From a bacterium (GTDB lineage Bacteria > UBA8248 > JACPRG01 > G963555815), in the NCBI GenBank assembly GCA_963555815.3, contig CAUVWX020000001.1, forward strand, positions 288,001-352,000: DNA of 64,000 nucleotides. Direction: 5' to 3'. Under the pieces are notes generated by a model, which had not been told where the DNA came from, searched no databases, and was given only the letters and a program-made list of their open reading frames with translations. The position numbers and the translations under genes are program-made. Shown one piece after another: positions 20,344 through 29,844 of the stretch. Numbering within the stretch: position 1 is the stretch's first letter; each line of letters begins with the position of its first letter.

Positions 20344-21471
20344 ATGGGCTTCGAGCGGGCCCTGCGACTCATCCGGCTGAGCACCGCGGTCAAAAGCAAT
20401 CCTAATGTCCCTTTATCAGACCTCCTTCAGTCTCTTGGGATCTCCAGGTCCCAGTTTTACAAGGATAAGCTGGCCCTCTCCAGGCTCGGCTTTGAGTTTC
20501 GCTACTCCAGGAAAGAGCGAACCTACAAAGTCCTCCAGGACGCCTTCGTCCCCGCAGGGGATCTGACACTGAGTGAGCGCCTCGCCCTGGTTCTCTGCGT
20601 ACGGCAGACGGCAACCCTGGACGAGGCCATCGGGGCGGAGGCCCTCTCTGGCATTCGAAAGCTCATCTCGGAGTCCTCCCAGTCCGAGCGGAAGATCCTG
20701 CAGGAGGCCCTAGAGGAAGTCGTCCCCGCGAAGGGATGGGGCTGTGACCCGAAGGTCTTTGGCCCTCTTCAGCAGGCCCTTTCGGAGCGCCGCCGGATCC
20801 TCATTCGCCACGACTCGGTGCGAGAGGGTCGGGCGAAGGAATGGCTCCTGGACCCTTGCGCCTTGTTCTTTCAAAAGCGAGCCCTCTATCTGGACGCCTG
20901 GTGCGTGGACTCTCGGGAATATCGAACCTTCCGTGCCAACCGCATCCGGGAGGTCCACCTCATGCCCGTCCTTGTCCCTCCGCGGCCGGACTACTCCTTC
21001 TCCGAAAGGCACGCCGGGGCCTTCAGCGCCTTCTCCGGTCGGGAGGGAAAGCGGGTCCGTGTCCGCTTTGGCCGGGCCACAGCCCCCTTCATCCGAGAGG
21101 CCCTCTGGCATTCCTCCCAGGTCATCGAGGAGCTCTCGGACGGCGGGCTCATCCTCCAGGTGGATGTCGGCGAGCCACGGGAGGTGGGCTGGTGGGTCCT
21201 TCAATGGGGCGCAGGCGCCGAGGTCCTGGAGCCGGAAGAACTGAGGAAGGAGCTTGGGGAGACGGTCCGGCGACTCCTGGAAACGTACGTCGGTGAGGAG
21301 GTGGGCGGGGTTGAAGCCTGGCGGGGGACGAGGGCCGCAGAGGCCCCTGCCCGCTATCGGCCGAAAAAGGCGAGAGTATCTAAGGGGAAAAGAAGTCCGC
21401 TTCAGAAGTCTGGCGCTACCCTACACGCGATTTCCCGCGCAAAGCAAAGCAGCCGCCCGAGAAGCTCCTAG
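20344..21471 (+). CDS. HTH-WYL-WCX transcriptional regulator
   Basis: N-terminal HTH (LGISRSQFYKD), LYLDAWC...RTFRANRI WYL core, WHSSQ and VLQWG...EVLEPEELR. Confidence 0.9.
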   Translation: MGFERALRLIRLSTAVKSNPNVPLSDLLQSLGISRSQFYKDKLALSRLGFEFRYSRKERTYKVLQDAFVPAGDLTLSERLALVLCVRQTATLDEAIGAEALSGIRKLISESSQSERKILQEALEEVVPAKGWGCDPKVFGPLQQALSERRRILIRHDSVREGRAKEWLLDPCALFFQKRALYLDAWCVDSREYRTFRANRIREVHLMPVLVPPRPDYSFSERHAGAFSAFSGREGKRVRVRFGRATAPFIREALWHSSQVIEELSDGGLILQVDVGEPREVGWWVLQWGAGAEVLEPEELRKELGETVRRLLETYVGEEVGGVEAWRGTRAAEAPARYRPKKARVSKGKRSPLQKSGATLHAISRAKQSSRPRSS

Positions 21472-21749
21472 CCCGAGAGGGAGCTTCGGATGAGATGGCG
21501 GAGTTCCTCGTCAGTCAGATCATGCAGCTGAGCGAAGGAGAGCAAGAACTGTTCTTCCCCCTGCCTGGTGCCCCAGATGACCTGAAAGCCCTCCTTGACA
21601 TAGTAATATCTCAGGTCCTCCCGGACACCCGGGACCCCTTCGGCCAGAATGCGGCTCAACCTCTCGGCCGCTTGCTTACTCTCTTTTCCCGGAACGCGTG
21701 AATCAAGGGCCATCCAGATCCCCCTGTCCTCTCGTTTCCTCGTTCCCAT
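21468..21749 (-). CDS. Small hypothetical protein
   Basis: Fills the gap and overlaps the WYL stop by 4 nt. Protein-like composition. True start may be the internal ATG (MALDS). Confidence 0.5.
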   Translation of the reverse strand: MGTRKREDRGIWMALDSRVPGKESKQAAERLSRILAEGVPGVREDLRYYYVKEGFQVIWGTRQGEEQFLLSFAQLHDLTDEELRHLIRSSLSG

Positions 21750-21848
21750 CAGAGGAAGAGACGCTAATTTTACCTTACGCAGGTCCCAGGGGACGAAGAA
21801 AATGTTCGTCCAGTGGCCCCCTGAAAGGGGAGCGAATCGCCGGAGTTT

Positions 21849-22253
21849 TCACTTCGCCGCGTATCCCTCGACCTCGAGCAAAAGATCCTCGCTGAAGAGA
21901 CCTTTCACAAAAACCAGAGTGCTCGGCGGGTACTGCCCGTCAGGGAAGTAACTCTTGAAGAGTTCTTGGCGAATGGCCCTGTAACCCTGGAGATCTTCGC
22001 GTCGGATGAGATAGGTGTTGAGCTTCATGACATCAGCCCAGGACATCCCGGCGACCTTCAGGACTTCTCCGATGTTCCGATAGACGGCCCGGGCCTGGGC
22101 CTGAAAATCCCCTTTCCCGACCACGCCCCCTTTTTCATCAAGGGCCACCTGGCCGGCCAGAAAGAGAACTTCCCGGGGGGAGGCCCGAAAAGCTTGAGAA
22201 TAGGGACCCGCGGGGGGGGCGACCGTCTTAGGATTGAGAACCATTTTATCCAT
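21849..22253 (-). CDS. RidA/YjgF/UK114 family protein
   Basis: PYSQA, LAGQV, YPPSTLV and LLEVE motifs. Confidence 0.9.
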   Translation of the reverse strand: MDKMVLNPKTVAPPAGPYSQAFRASPREVLFLAGQVALDEKGGVVGKGDFQAQARAVYRNIGEVLKVAGMSWADVMKLNTYLIRREDLQGYRAIRQELFKSYFPDGQYPPSTLVFVKGLFSEDLLLEVEGYAAK

Positions 22254-22493
22254 CGTGAATCTCCTTATTATGCAAATGACCCCTTCGCAACTGCCAGGGG
22301 AACGGAGAGAACCGGTCTATGTCGGCCTAACGGGGAAGTCGAGTGCTTTAGACATCCTGAGCTTAGCAGAGATATAATCTCACAAGAAAGGAGATAATAT
22401 CTCCCTCGCTCCCCCTTTAAATCATCGGCTGGACCGGGAGGGGGGCCCCACTAAAGGGAATGGGTGCTCCTGACAGAATGTGGAGAAGAAGAG

Positions 22494-23450
22494 ATGGAAA
22501 AAGGGCATTTGACCCTTCAGCCTGTAGACCGAGTCGAGATCACAAGCCTCATGGATAACTACGTAGACAGTCTTCTTACGAGTGAGGAGGGGATCAAGAG
22601 GCCGCCCGTCAGCTACTCCAATGGGGAGATGAGGCCCACCCTCCTCGCCGAGCACGGATTCTCCGTCTTGATAAAAACCTTCTCTGGGAATGAGTCCCAC
22701 ACGATCCTCATGGACGCGGCGATGAGCGTGAAAGGGCTCCTTCACAACCTCGAACATCTAGAGATAGATATGCGCCTCGTCGAAGCCGTCGTCTTGAGCC
22801 ACGGACATTTTGACCACCGGGCGGCCCTCTCGGAGGTTCTTGCGCGAATTGGAAGGGAGGGCCTTCCCGTCCATCTCCACCCGGATGCCTTCTTGAACCG
22901 CCGGATCATCTTCCCGGACAGGAGTCTCTTCATCATGCCTCCCTTCCTCGAGGAGTCCCTCGAGGCCGTCGGAGCCAGGGCAGTGAGGACCAAAGCGCCT
23001 CAACTCCTCGCGGGCGACACTGTGGGCCTCACGGGGGAAGTGGACCGGGAGAACGATTTTGAGAAGGGTTTCCCCATCCACTACGCCGAGCGAGACGGAG
23101 AGATCGTGCCTGACCCCTGGATTTGGGACGATCAGGCCCTCCTCGTCCACGTCCGCGGGAAAGGCCTCGTCGTCATCACAGGCTGCGGACACTCGGGGAT
23201 TGTCAACACCCTTGGTTATGCCCGAACGCTGACGGGGGTCCGAGAGGTCCACGCCGTGATAGGAGGATTTCATCTCACAGGAGGCCTTTTTGAGCCCATC
23301 ATCCCTCCGACGGTTAAGTCCCTTTCAGAGCTCGGCCCTCGCTGGATGATTCCGACTCACTGCACGGGCTGGAAAGCGACCAAGGCGTTTCAGAACCACT
23401 TCGAGGAGAGTTTTATCCAGAATAGCGTTGGGACGGTCTATCAATTTTAG
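22494..23450 (+). CDS. Metallo-beta-lactamase-fold hydrolase
   Basis: AEHGFS, SHGHFDH, DDQAL, GCGHSG, GGFHL and HCTG motifs. Confidence 0.88.
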   Translation: MEKGHLTLQPVDRVEITSLMDNYVDSLLTSEEGIKRPPVSYSNGEMRPTLLAEHGFSVLIKTFSGNESHTILMDAAMSVKGLLHNLEHLEIDMRLVEAVVLSHGHFDHRAALSEVLARIGREGLPVHLHPDAFLNRRIIFPDRSLFIMPPFLEESLEAVGARAVRTKAPQLLAGDTVGLTGEVDRENDFEKGFPIHYAERDGEIVPDPWIWDDQALLVHVRGKGLVVITGCGHSGIVNTLGYARTLTGVREVHAVIGGFHLTGGLFEPIIPPTVKSLSELGPRWMIPTHCTGWKATKAFQNHFEESFIQNSVGTVYQF

Positions 23451-23502
23451 ACGGCGTCCCGTCGCGGAAAAGAGGTGGAAACCCCAGACAGGGGATTTTG
23501 TT

Positions 23503-23531
23503 TTGACAAGGGACAGGAGGTCTCGTATTTT
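23503..23531 (+). promoter_or_regulatory. Sigma70-type promoter for the GNAT-GT-deacetylase operon
   Basis: TTGACA-N17-TATTTT. Confidence 0.55.
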
Positions 23532-23626
23532 GTGCCCTTTGAGCGCGACTTCCTTCCTGATGCTCACCAGGGATTATCCCCGTGCTTGATTCGGGCGGTA
23601 TTTTGGGAGATTCCACAGGTCATTTG

Positions 23627-24652
23627 ATGTCTGCTTCCCCCCTCAAGGTGGAAATCCACAGCGACGCCGAGGGTTTCTCCACCCTCGCCCCGGAGTGGGA
23701 GAACCTCCTTCAGCACAACTCCACCCGCTCCCTCTTCCTCACCCCTCAATGGCAGGCCCTCTGGTGGGAGCACTTCGGGGCAGGCCGCCCGCTCTGCCTG
23801 GCATCAGCGCGGGACGGCGAGGGTCAACTCGTCGGCCTCGCCCCCCTCTTCCTCTGGGAGGAGGGCCGCCTTGGCTTTGTCGGAGAGATGGACCTCTGCG
23901 ATTATCTCGATGTCCTCTCCCTTTCCGGTCAAGAGGAGGATGTCGCGAGGGCGATCTTGAAAGCACTAGCCGAAAGGATTTCAGGCGAGAGCGTTCTTGA
24001 TCTCCATTTCATCCCCGGCGCCTCCCGGATGATCCAGGCCCTCTCGGCGGCCGGCCAAGAGGCGGGCTGGGCCGTTGAGGTGGCGGAAGAGGAGACTGCC
24101 CCCCTCATCCTTATTCCCGCAACTTGGGAGGAGTACTTGCAGGGCCTGTCAGGGAAAGACCGCCACGAGCTTCGCAGGAAGATCAAGCGGATGAAGGCCA
24201 GCGGGGAGTTGGAACTCCAACGAGCCTCCACAGCCGAGGAGGCGAAAGAGTTCACCGAAGTCTTCCTTCGCTTTCACGCCCTGAGCCACACTGAGAAGGC
24301 AAAGTTTATGGGCCCAGCCATGCAGGCCTTCTTCCGGGTGGCCTCGGAGAGGATTTTTGACTTGGGATGGCTTCGCATGAGCAAGCTGAATTTGCAAGGC
24401 AAACCTGTTGCCGCCCTCTTCTCATTCGATTACGATGGGGCTGTCTTAGTCTACAATTCCGGGTATGATCCTGCTGTCTCGCACCTGAGTCCCGGTATTT
24501 CCATCTTTGGCCTCTCCATTCTGGAGGCCATCCGAGACAAGAAGCGAGCCTTCCACTTCCTTCGGGGGGACGAGGCGTATAAGTACCGCCTCGGGGCGAA
24601 AGACCAGCCTCTCTTTCGAGTCCGCCTGGCCCCCCCGGGCAGAGGTAAATAG
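23627..24652 (+). CDS. GNAT-fold protein (Acetyltransf_6 / CelD-BcsL / FemAB-like)
   Basis: LFLTPQW...WW, LVGLAPL, CDYLD, TWEEYL...RHELRRK, YNSGYDP, SPG and FLRGDEAYKYRLGA motifs. Confidence 0.85.
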   Translation: MSASPLKVEIHSDAEGFSTLAPEWENLLQHNSTRSLFLTPQWQALWWEHFGAGRPLCLASARDGEGQLVGLAPLFLWEEGRLGFVGEMDLCDYLDVLSLSGQEEDVARAILKALAERISGESVLDLHFIPGASRMIQALSAAGQEAGWAVEVAEEETAPLILIPATWEEYLQGLSGKDRHELRRKIKRMKASGELELQRASTAEEAKEFTEVFLRFHALSHTEKAKFMGPAMQAFFRVASERIFDLGWLRMSKLNLQGKPVAALFSFDYDGAVLVYNSGYDPAVSHLSPGISIFGLSILEAIRDKKRAFHFLRGDEAYKYRLGAKDQPLFRVRLAPPGRGK

Positions 24653-24655
24653 TCC

Positions 24656-25873
24656 GTGCCCGACACGTCGCTTCGGATCGCCATGCTGAGCCTCCACTCC
24701 TCCCCCCTTGCCTCTCTTGGAGGAGAAACGGCGGGGGGGATGAACGTCTACGTCCGGGAAGCCAGCCTTGAGCTGGGACGCCTGGGTCACCGGGTGGACA
24801 TCTTCACCCGAAGGGACGAACGAGGCCAGCCCGAGGTCTCCGAACTCAGCGACGGGGTTCGTCTCATCCGAGTCAAGGGGGGTCCGAGCCGGCCCTGCCC
24901 CAGAGAAGAGCTTCCCCGCTACCTCCCTGAGCTTCGCCAGGCCCTCCGGGCGTTCTCAGAGAGGCCACCCTATGACATCGTCCACGCCCATTACTGGCTC
25001 TCTGGGATGGTGGGACTCGACTGGACCGAGGGTCACGGGGTCCCCCTCGTCCAGATGTTTCACACGTTGGAACGGGTGAAAAACCGTGTGCTCTCCAGCC
25101 AACCCGAGAAGGAGAGCGACTTTCGGATCCAGAAGGAGTTGGTTCTCGGGAAATCCGCCGACGCGATCGTGGCCGGAAGCGAGGAGGACCGCACGCACCT
25201 CATCAAGGACTACGGGGTGAAGCCAGGGCGCGTGCACATCATCCCGGGGGGGGTGGACCTCCAGTTGTTCAGCCCGCAGCCCAGGCGTCTTGCGCGCTCG
25301 CGGGTGGGATTTGGCCGAGGGCCGGTGGCGCTCTTTGTAGGTCGGATGGAGCCCGTGAAAGGCGTCGAGACCCTCCTTCATGCCCTGGCCCTCGTCGGAA
25401 ACGGCTCGGCCAACGGCAATGGACTGTGCCTCGCCCTCATCGGGGGTGCGAACGGCCCCAATCCCTATCTCAGGCACCTCGAGGATCTCGCCCGCACGCT
25501 TGGCGTCTCCGAGCACCTAGAATTTCTCGGGCCGAGGTCTCATGCGGAGCTCCCAGATTACTATTCGGCGGCAGACTGCTGCGTCTTTCCCTCCCTCTAT
25601 GAGAGCTTTGGCCTCGCGGCCCTTGAGGCCGTGTCCTGCGGGGCAGAGGTGGTGGCCTCGGACACCGGCGGCTTTCGCCAGACCCTGGGCCAGGCCAAAT
25701 GCGCCCTCCTGGTCCCGCCCGGAGACGCTCAGTCCCTGGCCAGGGCCATCCACCGGGCCATCGCCAAGCCCTGTTCCAGGCGGGGGCTCCGGGAGAAGGC
25801 GGTCAAGAATTTCACCTGGGCCCGGGCGGCCTCGCGGCTGGCCAAACTCTACAAGGACCTCCTTCATGGCTGA
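24656..25873 (+). CDS. MshA-like GT4 glycosyltransferase
   Basis: SLHSSPL...GG-AGGMNVYV, HAHYWLSG, MFHTL...K, GRMEPVKG and ESFGLAALEA motifs. Confidence 0.88.
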   Translation: MPDTSLRIAMLSLHSSPLASLGGETAGGMNVYVREASLELGRLGHRVDIFTRRDERGQPEVSELSDGVRLIRVKGGPSRPCPREELPRYLPELRQALRAFSERPPYDIVHAHYWLSGMVGLDWTEGHGVPLVQMFHTLERVKNRVLSSQPEKESDFRIQKELVLGKSADAIVAGSEEDRTHLIKDYGVKPGRVHIIPGGVDLQLFSPQPRRLARSRVGFGRGPVALFVGRMEPVKGVETLLHALALVGNGSANGNGLCLALIGGANGPNPYLRHLEDLARTLGVSEHLEFLGPRSHAELPDYYSAADCCVFPSLYESFGLAALEAVSCGAEVVASDTGGFRQTLGQAKCALLVPPGDAQSLARAIHRAIAKPCSRRGLREKAVKNFTWARAASRLAKLYKDLLHG

Positions 25874-26549
25874 GTGGGGGCAGATTCTCGTCGTTGTCGC
25901 CCACGCCGACGACGCGGAGCTCTCCGCCGGGGGGAGCGTCGCCAAGTGGGTGAGCGAAGGGAACTGCGTGGACTATGTGGTGGCAACCAATGGTAATAAG
26001 GGGACGAAAGATTTAGAGCTCTCCCCCCACCGCCTCGCCGAGATACGGGAGGCTGAGCAGCGTGCGGCGGCCGAGGTGCTGGGAGTGCGAGACGTTAACT
26101 TCCTGCTCTACAACGACGGGGAACTTCGTAGCGGCGGGACTTTAGGCGTCCAGCTCGCCATCCTGATCCGCCACTACCGGCCCAGTCTTATTGTCACCCA
26201 TGACCCCTGGCGCCCTTACATGGTCCACCCCGACCACCGGGCCCTGGGTCATACCGTGATAGAGGGCATCGTCGCGGCCCGGGACCACCTCTTCCTCCCC
26301 GCCCTCTCTGTCATCGACCTAAAACCCCACCACACGCCGACGGCCTTCTTTGCCCACCCCGGGGAGCCCAATTACTTTGTGGACATCACCGAAACACTGA
26401 CGAAGAAGATCGAGGCCCTCTCGCGCCACGTGAGCCAGATGGACCGGCTGGGGAACTGGCCCGATTGGATCCGCGACTGGGCCGGCGAGATGGGGCGGAA
26501 AGGGGGCTACACCCACGCCGAGGGCTTCCACAAGATGGAGATGACCTGA
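25866..26549 (+). CDS. PIG-L/LmbE family N-deacetylase (MshB/BshB-like)
   Basis: AHADD, TNGNKG, R--EQ--AA, HPDH and HVSQ motifs. ATG overlaps the end of the GT gene. Confidence 0.9.
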   Translation: MAEWGQILVVVAHADDAELSAGGSVAKWVSEGNCVDYVVATNGNKGTKDLELSPHRLAEIREAEQRAAAEVLGVRDVNFLLYNDGELRSGGTLGVQLAILIRHYRPSLIVTHDPWRPYMVHPDHRALGHTVIEGIVAARDHLFLPALSVIDLKPHHTPTAFFAHPGEPNYFVDITETLTKKIEALSRHVSQMDRLGNWPDWIRDWAGEMGRKGGYTHAEGFHKMEMT

Positions 26550-27351
26550 GCTGATCAGGAGATGCCTTTGGCCGCCGCGCTTTAGGGCCCTTTTCATAGT
26601 CCAGCAGGTCCCCCAGCACCTCAACCCCCCTCTCTTCCAGCCGTTTTAAGAGGGCAAGAAGGAGACGGGAGGTCGTCCGGGCGTCGAAGAGCGCCCGGTG
26701 ACGCCTTCCGACCCGGAGGCCCAGATGGCCCGCCAGACTGCCCAGCCGGTAGTCCCCGGCGTTTCCAAAAAGTCTTCGGGAGAGACGGCAGGTGCAAAGG
26801 GAGGGATGAGAGAAATCCAGGCCGAGGCGTTTCCCCTCCCACGCAAGGAAGCGAAGGTCGAAGGCGGCGTTGTGGGCCACGAGGACAGCGCCCCGGGCAA
26901 AACGGGAAAAGAGGGGAAGGATCTCGTCGACGGGGGGTTCATCCTGCACCGTGGTGTCGCAGATGCCCGTCAGCCGCTGGACACTCCAGGGGATATAGCG
27001 GCCCGGGTTAACAAGATGCTGAAACTCCTCTAGCGGCTTCCCGCCGCGGACCTTCACGGCCCCAATCTCCGTAATCCGGTCCCCGGGGAGTTTTGAGCCC
27101 GTCGTCTCCAGGTCAAAGATCACAAAGGTAACCCGGTCGAGGAGTCGGTCCCTGGGGTCCTGGGGTTCCCGGGTTCGCCAGAGACCATTTTCTTCGCAGA
27201 CGAAGTTGGCCTCGTGGAGGAGGAATGGGGAAAGGACTTTCTGACTCACGTCGTCCGAGATATCACGGGCTTTTAAAAGACGCATGGCCATGCCTCGGTA
27301 ATTAAGGCCGGCAGGATGCTCTGAGAGCACTTTGGAGAGTTTTGCCTTCAA
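26386..27351 (-). CDS. DEDDh 3'-5' exonuclease (DNA pol III epsilon/PolC-like)
   Basis: FDLETTG, EIGAV, VAHNAAFD and HRALFDA motifs. Likely TTG start after GAGGAG. Confidence 0.88.
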   Translation of the reverse strand: MKAKLSKVLSEHPAGLNYRGMAMRLLKARDISDDVSQKVLSPFLLHEANFVCEENGLWRTREPQDPRDRLLDRVTFVIFDLETTGSKLPGDRITEIGAVKVRGGKPLEEFQHLVNPGRYIPWSVQRLTGICDTTVQDEPPVDEILPLFSRFARGAVLVAHNAAFDLRFLAWEGKRLGLDFSHPSLCTCRLSRRLFGNAGDYRLGSLAGHLGLRVGRRHRALFDARTTSRLLLALLKRLEERGVEVLGDLLDYEKGPKARRPKASPDQLRSSPSCGSPRRGCSPLSAPSRRPSRGSNRASSPAGPSGSRGARGPRSSSSVFR

Positions 27352-27641
27352 GGTCCGGGTTCTCCTCTTCGGCTTCCCTCGAATTTTGATTGAGGCGGGC
27401 ACTGTAGCAAAATAAAAACGAAAGTGTCAACCCCTAATTTTTCTTCCCCAAATCACCGAAAGAGAACCACCAAAAACGAGGAGGGATGGCGTTGAGGCGG
27501 CCATCGAGCAGAGGGGCACCATGCCTCCCCCTTGCGCCCCTCTGAGGTGGGATATAGAATCAGAAGGTTATGTAGATCATGGAGGGTCCAACACCCGTGG
27601 GTAGGGGTCTCAGACCCCTTTGATACAGGTTAAGGCCAGAA

Positions 27642-27983
27642 ATGTTCGGAATTGGGATGCCCGAGGTTGTCATCATCCTCATTGTGGCCCTTCTCGTGAT
27701 CGGCCCAAAGAAGCTTCCCAGCCTGGCCCGGAGCCTTGGGAAAGGCTTTCGGGAGTTCAAAAAGGCGACCTCAGACCTGCAGTCATCCTTCGATGAAGAT
27801 GACTTCGGAAACATGAACTCAGAGGAACCAAGCTCCGAGAAAGAAGAGACCGAGACCCCCCCCTCCGCCGGAGAAGATTCATCCAAATCAGCCGAGGGGG
27901 CGCCCCCTGAGGCCCGGCTCACTCCTGAGACAGGCCCTTCGGGGAAGGAGATGACGACAGGATCCGAAGAACGTGAAAGGTGA
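27642..27983 (+). CDS. tatA: Twin-arginine translocase TatA/TatB subunit
   Basis: MFGIGMPE...GPKKLP...GKGFREFKKA. Confidence 0.9.
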   Translation: MFGIGMPEVVIILIVALLVIGPKKLPSLARSLGKGFREFKKATSDLQSSFDEDDFGNMNSEEPSSEKEETETPPSAGEDSSKSAEGAPPEARLTPETGPSGKEMTTGSEERER

Positions 27984-27987
27984 GGCC

Positions 27988-28716
27988 ATGGCGGATGAGA
28001 GGATGCCCTTCACGCAGCACCTGGTCGAGCTGCGAAAGCGAATCGTCATCATCCTGGTTGGTATCGGCGTCGGTTTCATCATCGCCTACAATTTCTCTGC
28101 CGAGATCATATTTTTCCTGAAAGCTCCCTACGCGGATCGTCTCCAGGCCATCAGGCCGACCGAGGCCTTCTTCTCCCATCTCAAGGTCGCCTTTTTGGCC
28201 GGCGTCTTCCTCACCCTTCCCCTCACCCTCTACCACGGCTGGAAGTTTATCGCCCCGGGGCTTCTGGCCCGGGAGAAGAAGTTTACCCTCCCCTTCCTCG
28301 TCTCCTCTGTTGGTCTGTTTGTCCTGGGGGCCGCCTTCTGCTATTTGGTGGTTCTGCCCATCGCGGTTCAATTCCTGGTGGGGGTTGGGGGTGACTTCAT
28401 CGAGAGCCGATGGGCGGTGGGAAGCTATATCTCCTTTGTGACGTGGCTCTTCCTCGCTTTCGGGATCTCCTTTCAGATGCCCTTGGCCTCCATCCTATTG
28501 ACGCGAATGGGCGTCATCAAGCCTTCCACCCTCACCCGAAACCGAAGGTATGCCATCGTCCTCATGTTCGTCATCGGGGCCCTCTTCACCCCGCCCGATA
28601 TCCTGAGCCAGGTCCTCCTGGCAGGACCCCTCCTGGTACTCTATGAGATCAGCATCCTCCTATCCCGCATTGTCTACAGGCGAAGGGTCCTTCGAGAGGC
28701 TCAGCATGAAGCCTAG
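27988..28716 (+). CDS. tatC: Twin-arginine translocase TatC
   Basis: HLVELRKR, FIAPGL, FQMP, TPPD and LYE motifs. Confidence 0.95.
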   Translation: MADERMPFTQHLVELRKRIVIILVGIGVGFIIAYNFSAEIIFFLKAPYADRLQAIRPTEAFFSHLKVAFLAGVFLTLPLTLYHGWKFIAPGLLAREKKFTLPFLVSSVGLFVLGAAFCYLVVLPIAVQFLVGVGGDFIESRWAVGSYISFVTWLFLAFGISFQMPLASILLTRMGVIKPSTLTRNRRYAIVLMFVIGALFTPPDILSQVLLAGPLLVLYEISILLSRIVYRRRVLREAQHEA

Positions 28717-28737
28717 AAAATTCGGGAGTTTCCACTC

Positions 28738-29493
28738 TTGAGGGATCGCCTCATCGTCGCCCTAGACGAAGCCGACTTCCAGGCGGCCCGGACAATGGTG
28801 GACCGTGTGGGGGACTCGGTAGGAACCTTCAAGGTTGGCTTTCGGCTCTTCACAGCCTGTGGTCCTCCCCTCATCGAGTGGCTCTGCGAGCAGGGGAAAC
28901 GTGTCTTCCTGGACCTCAAGTTCCACGACATCCCGGCCATCTCGGCCCAGGCGACGTGGGAGGCCGCTCGCCTCGGCGCCTTCATGATAGACGTCCACGC
29001 CTCAGGGGGCCTGGAGATGATGAGGGCCTGCCGTGAAGCCATCGCTTCTGCCGAGCCCCGCCCTCTCCTTCTGGGTGTGACGGTCCTGACCAGCCTCGAT
29101 GAGAGAGACCTTCAAGCCATCGGCGTGTCTCGTCCCATTGAAGAGCAGGCCATCCATCTCACGGGCCTCGCCCTTCAGGCGGGGCTGGATGGAGTCATCG
29201 CCTCCCCGCGGGAGGTTGCAGCCATCCGAAAGCGGTTCGGCAAAGCCTGCCTCATCGTCACTCCTGGCATCCGCCCGGCGGGTCTTGAGAAAAGCTCCGA
29301 TCAGAAGAGGGTGGCGACAGCCCGGGAGGCCCTGGCCGCGGGCGCCGATTATCTTGTGATTGGACGGCCCATCCGGGAGGCAAAAGAGCCGAGAGAAGCG
29401 GCAGACCAGATCTTGAGGGAGATGGACCAAAACCTCCTCAACCCTGAAACCCGGCCCTCCGGCCAGGCTCCATCAGCCCGGCAGCGGTCTTAA
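28738..29493 (+). CDS. pyrF: Orotidine-5'-phosphate decarboxylase
   Basis: LIVALD, FLDLKFHDIP, VTVLTS, TPGIRP, DQKR and VIGRPI motifs. Confidence 0.96.
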   Translation: MRDRLIVALDEADFQAARTMVDRVGDSVGTFKVGFRLFTACGPPLIEWLCEQGKRVFLDLKFHDIPAISAQATWEAARLGAFMIDVHASGGLEMMRACREAIASAEPRPLLLGVTVLTSLDERDLQAIGVSRPIEEQAIHLTGLALQAGLDGVIASPREVAAIRKRFGKACLIVTPGIRPAGLEKSSDQKRVATAREALAAGADYLVIGRPIREAKEPREAADQILREMDQNLLNPETRPSGQAPSARQRS

Positions 29494-29504
29494 CACAAAT
29501 TAAA

Positions 29505-29783
29505 ATGGCCCAAAGGCAGGCGCGCCTTAAGATCCACGGCCGTGTCCAGGGGGTCGGCTATCGCTTCAGCGCCGAGAGGAGAGCCTCTCGGCTGGGGCTG
29601 AGGGGATGGGTTCGAAACTGTCCCGATGGGACCGTCGAGATCCTCGCGGAGGGAGAAACAAAAGACCTGGAATCCTTTGTGGCCTGGTGCGAAAGGGGGC
29701 CTTTTGGGGCCCGCGTCCAACGAGTGGACTTGTCTTGGGAAGAAGCCAGCGGGGAATATCCCGACTTCAGCATGACCTTCTAG
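29505..29783 (+). CDS. acyP: Acylphosphatase
   Basis: GRVQGVGYR and GWVRN--DGTVE motifs. Confidence 0.95.
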   Translation: MAQRQARLKIHGRVQGVGYRFSAERRASRLGLRGWVRNCPDGTVEILAEGETKDLESFVAWCERGPFGARVQRVDLSWEEASGEYPDFSMTF

Positions 29784-29844
29784 CCGATTTTCTCGGTGGC
29801 CAAGGGAAAAGCAATTTTCCAAAAAGCACCTGGGCTAGCGACCC

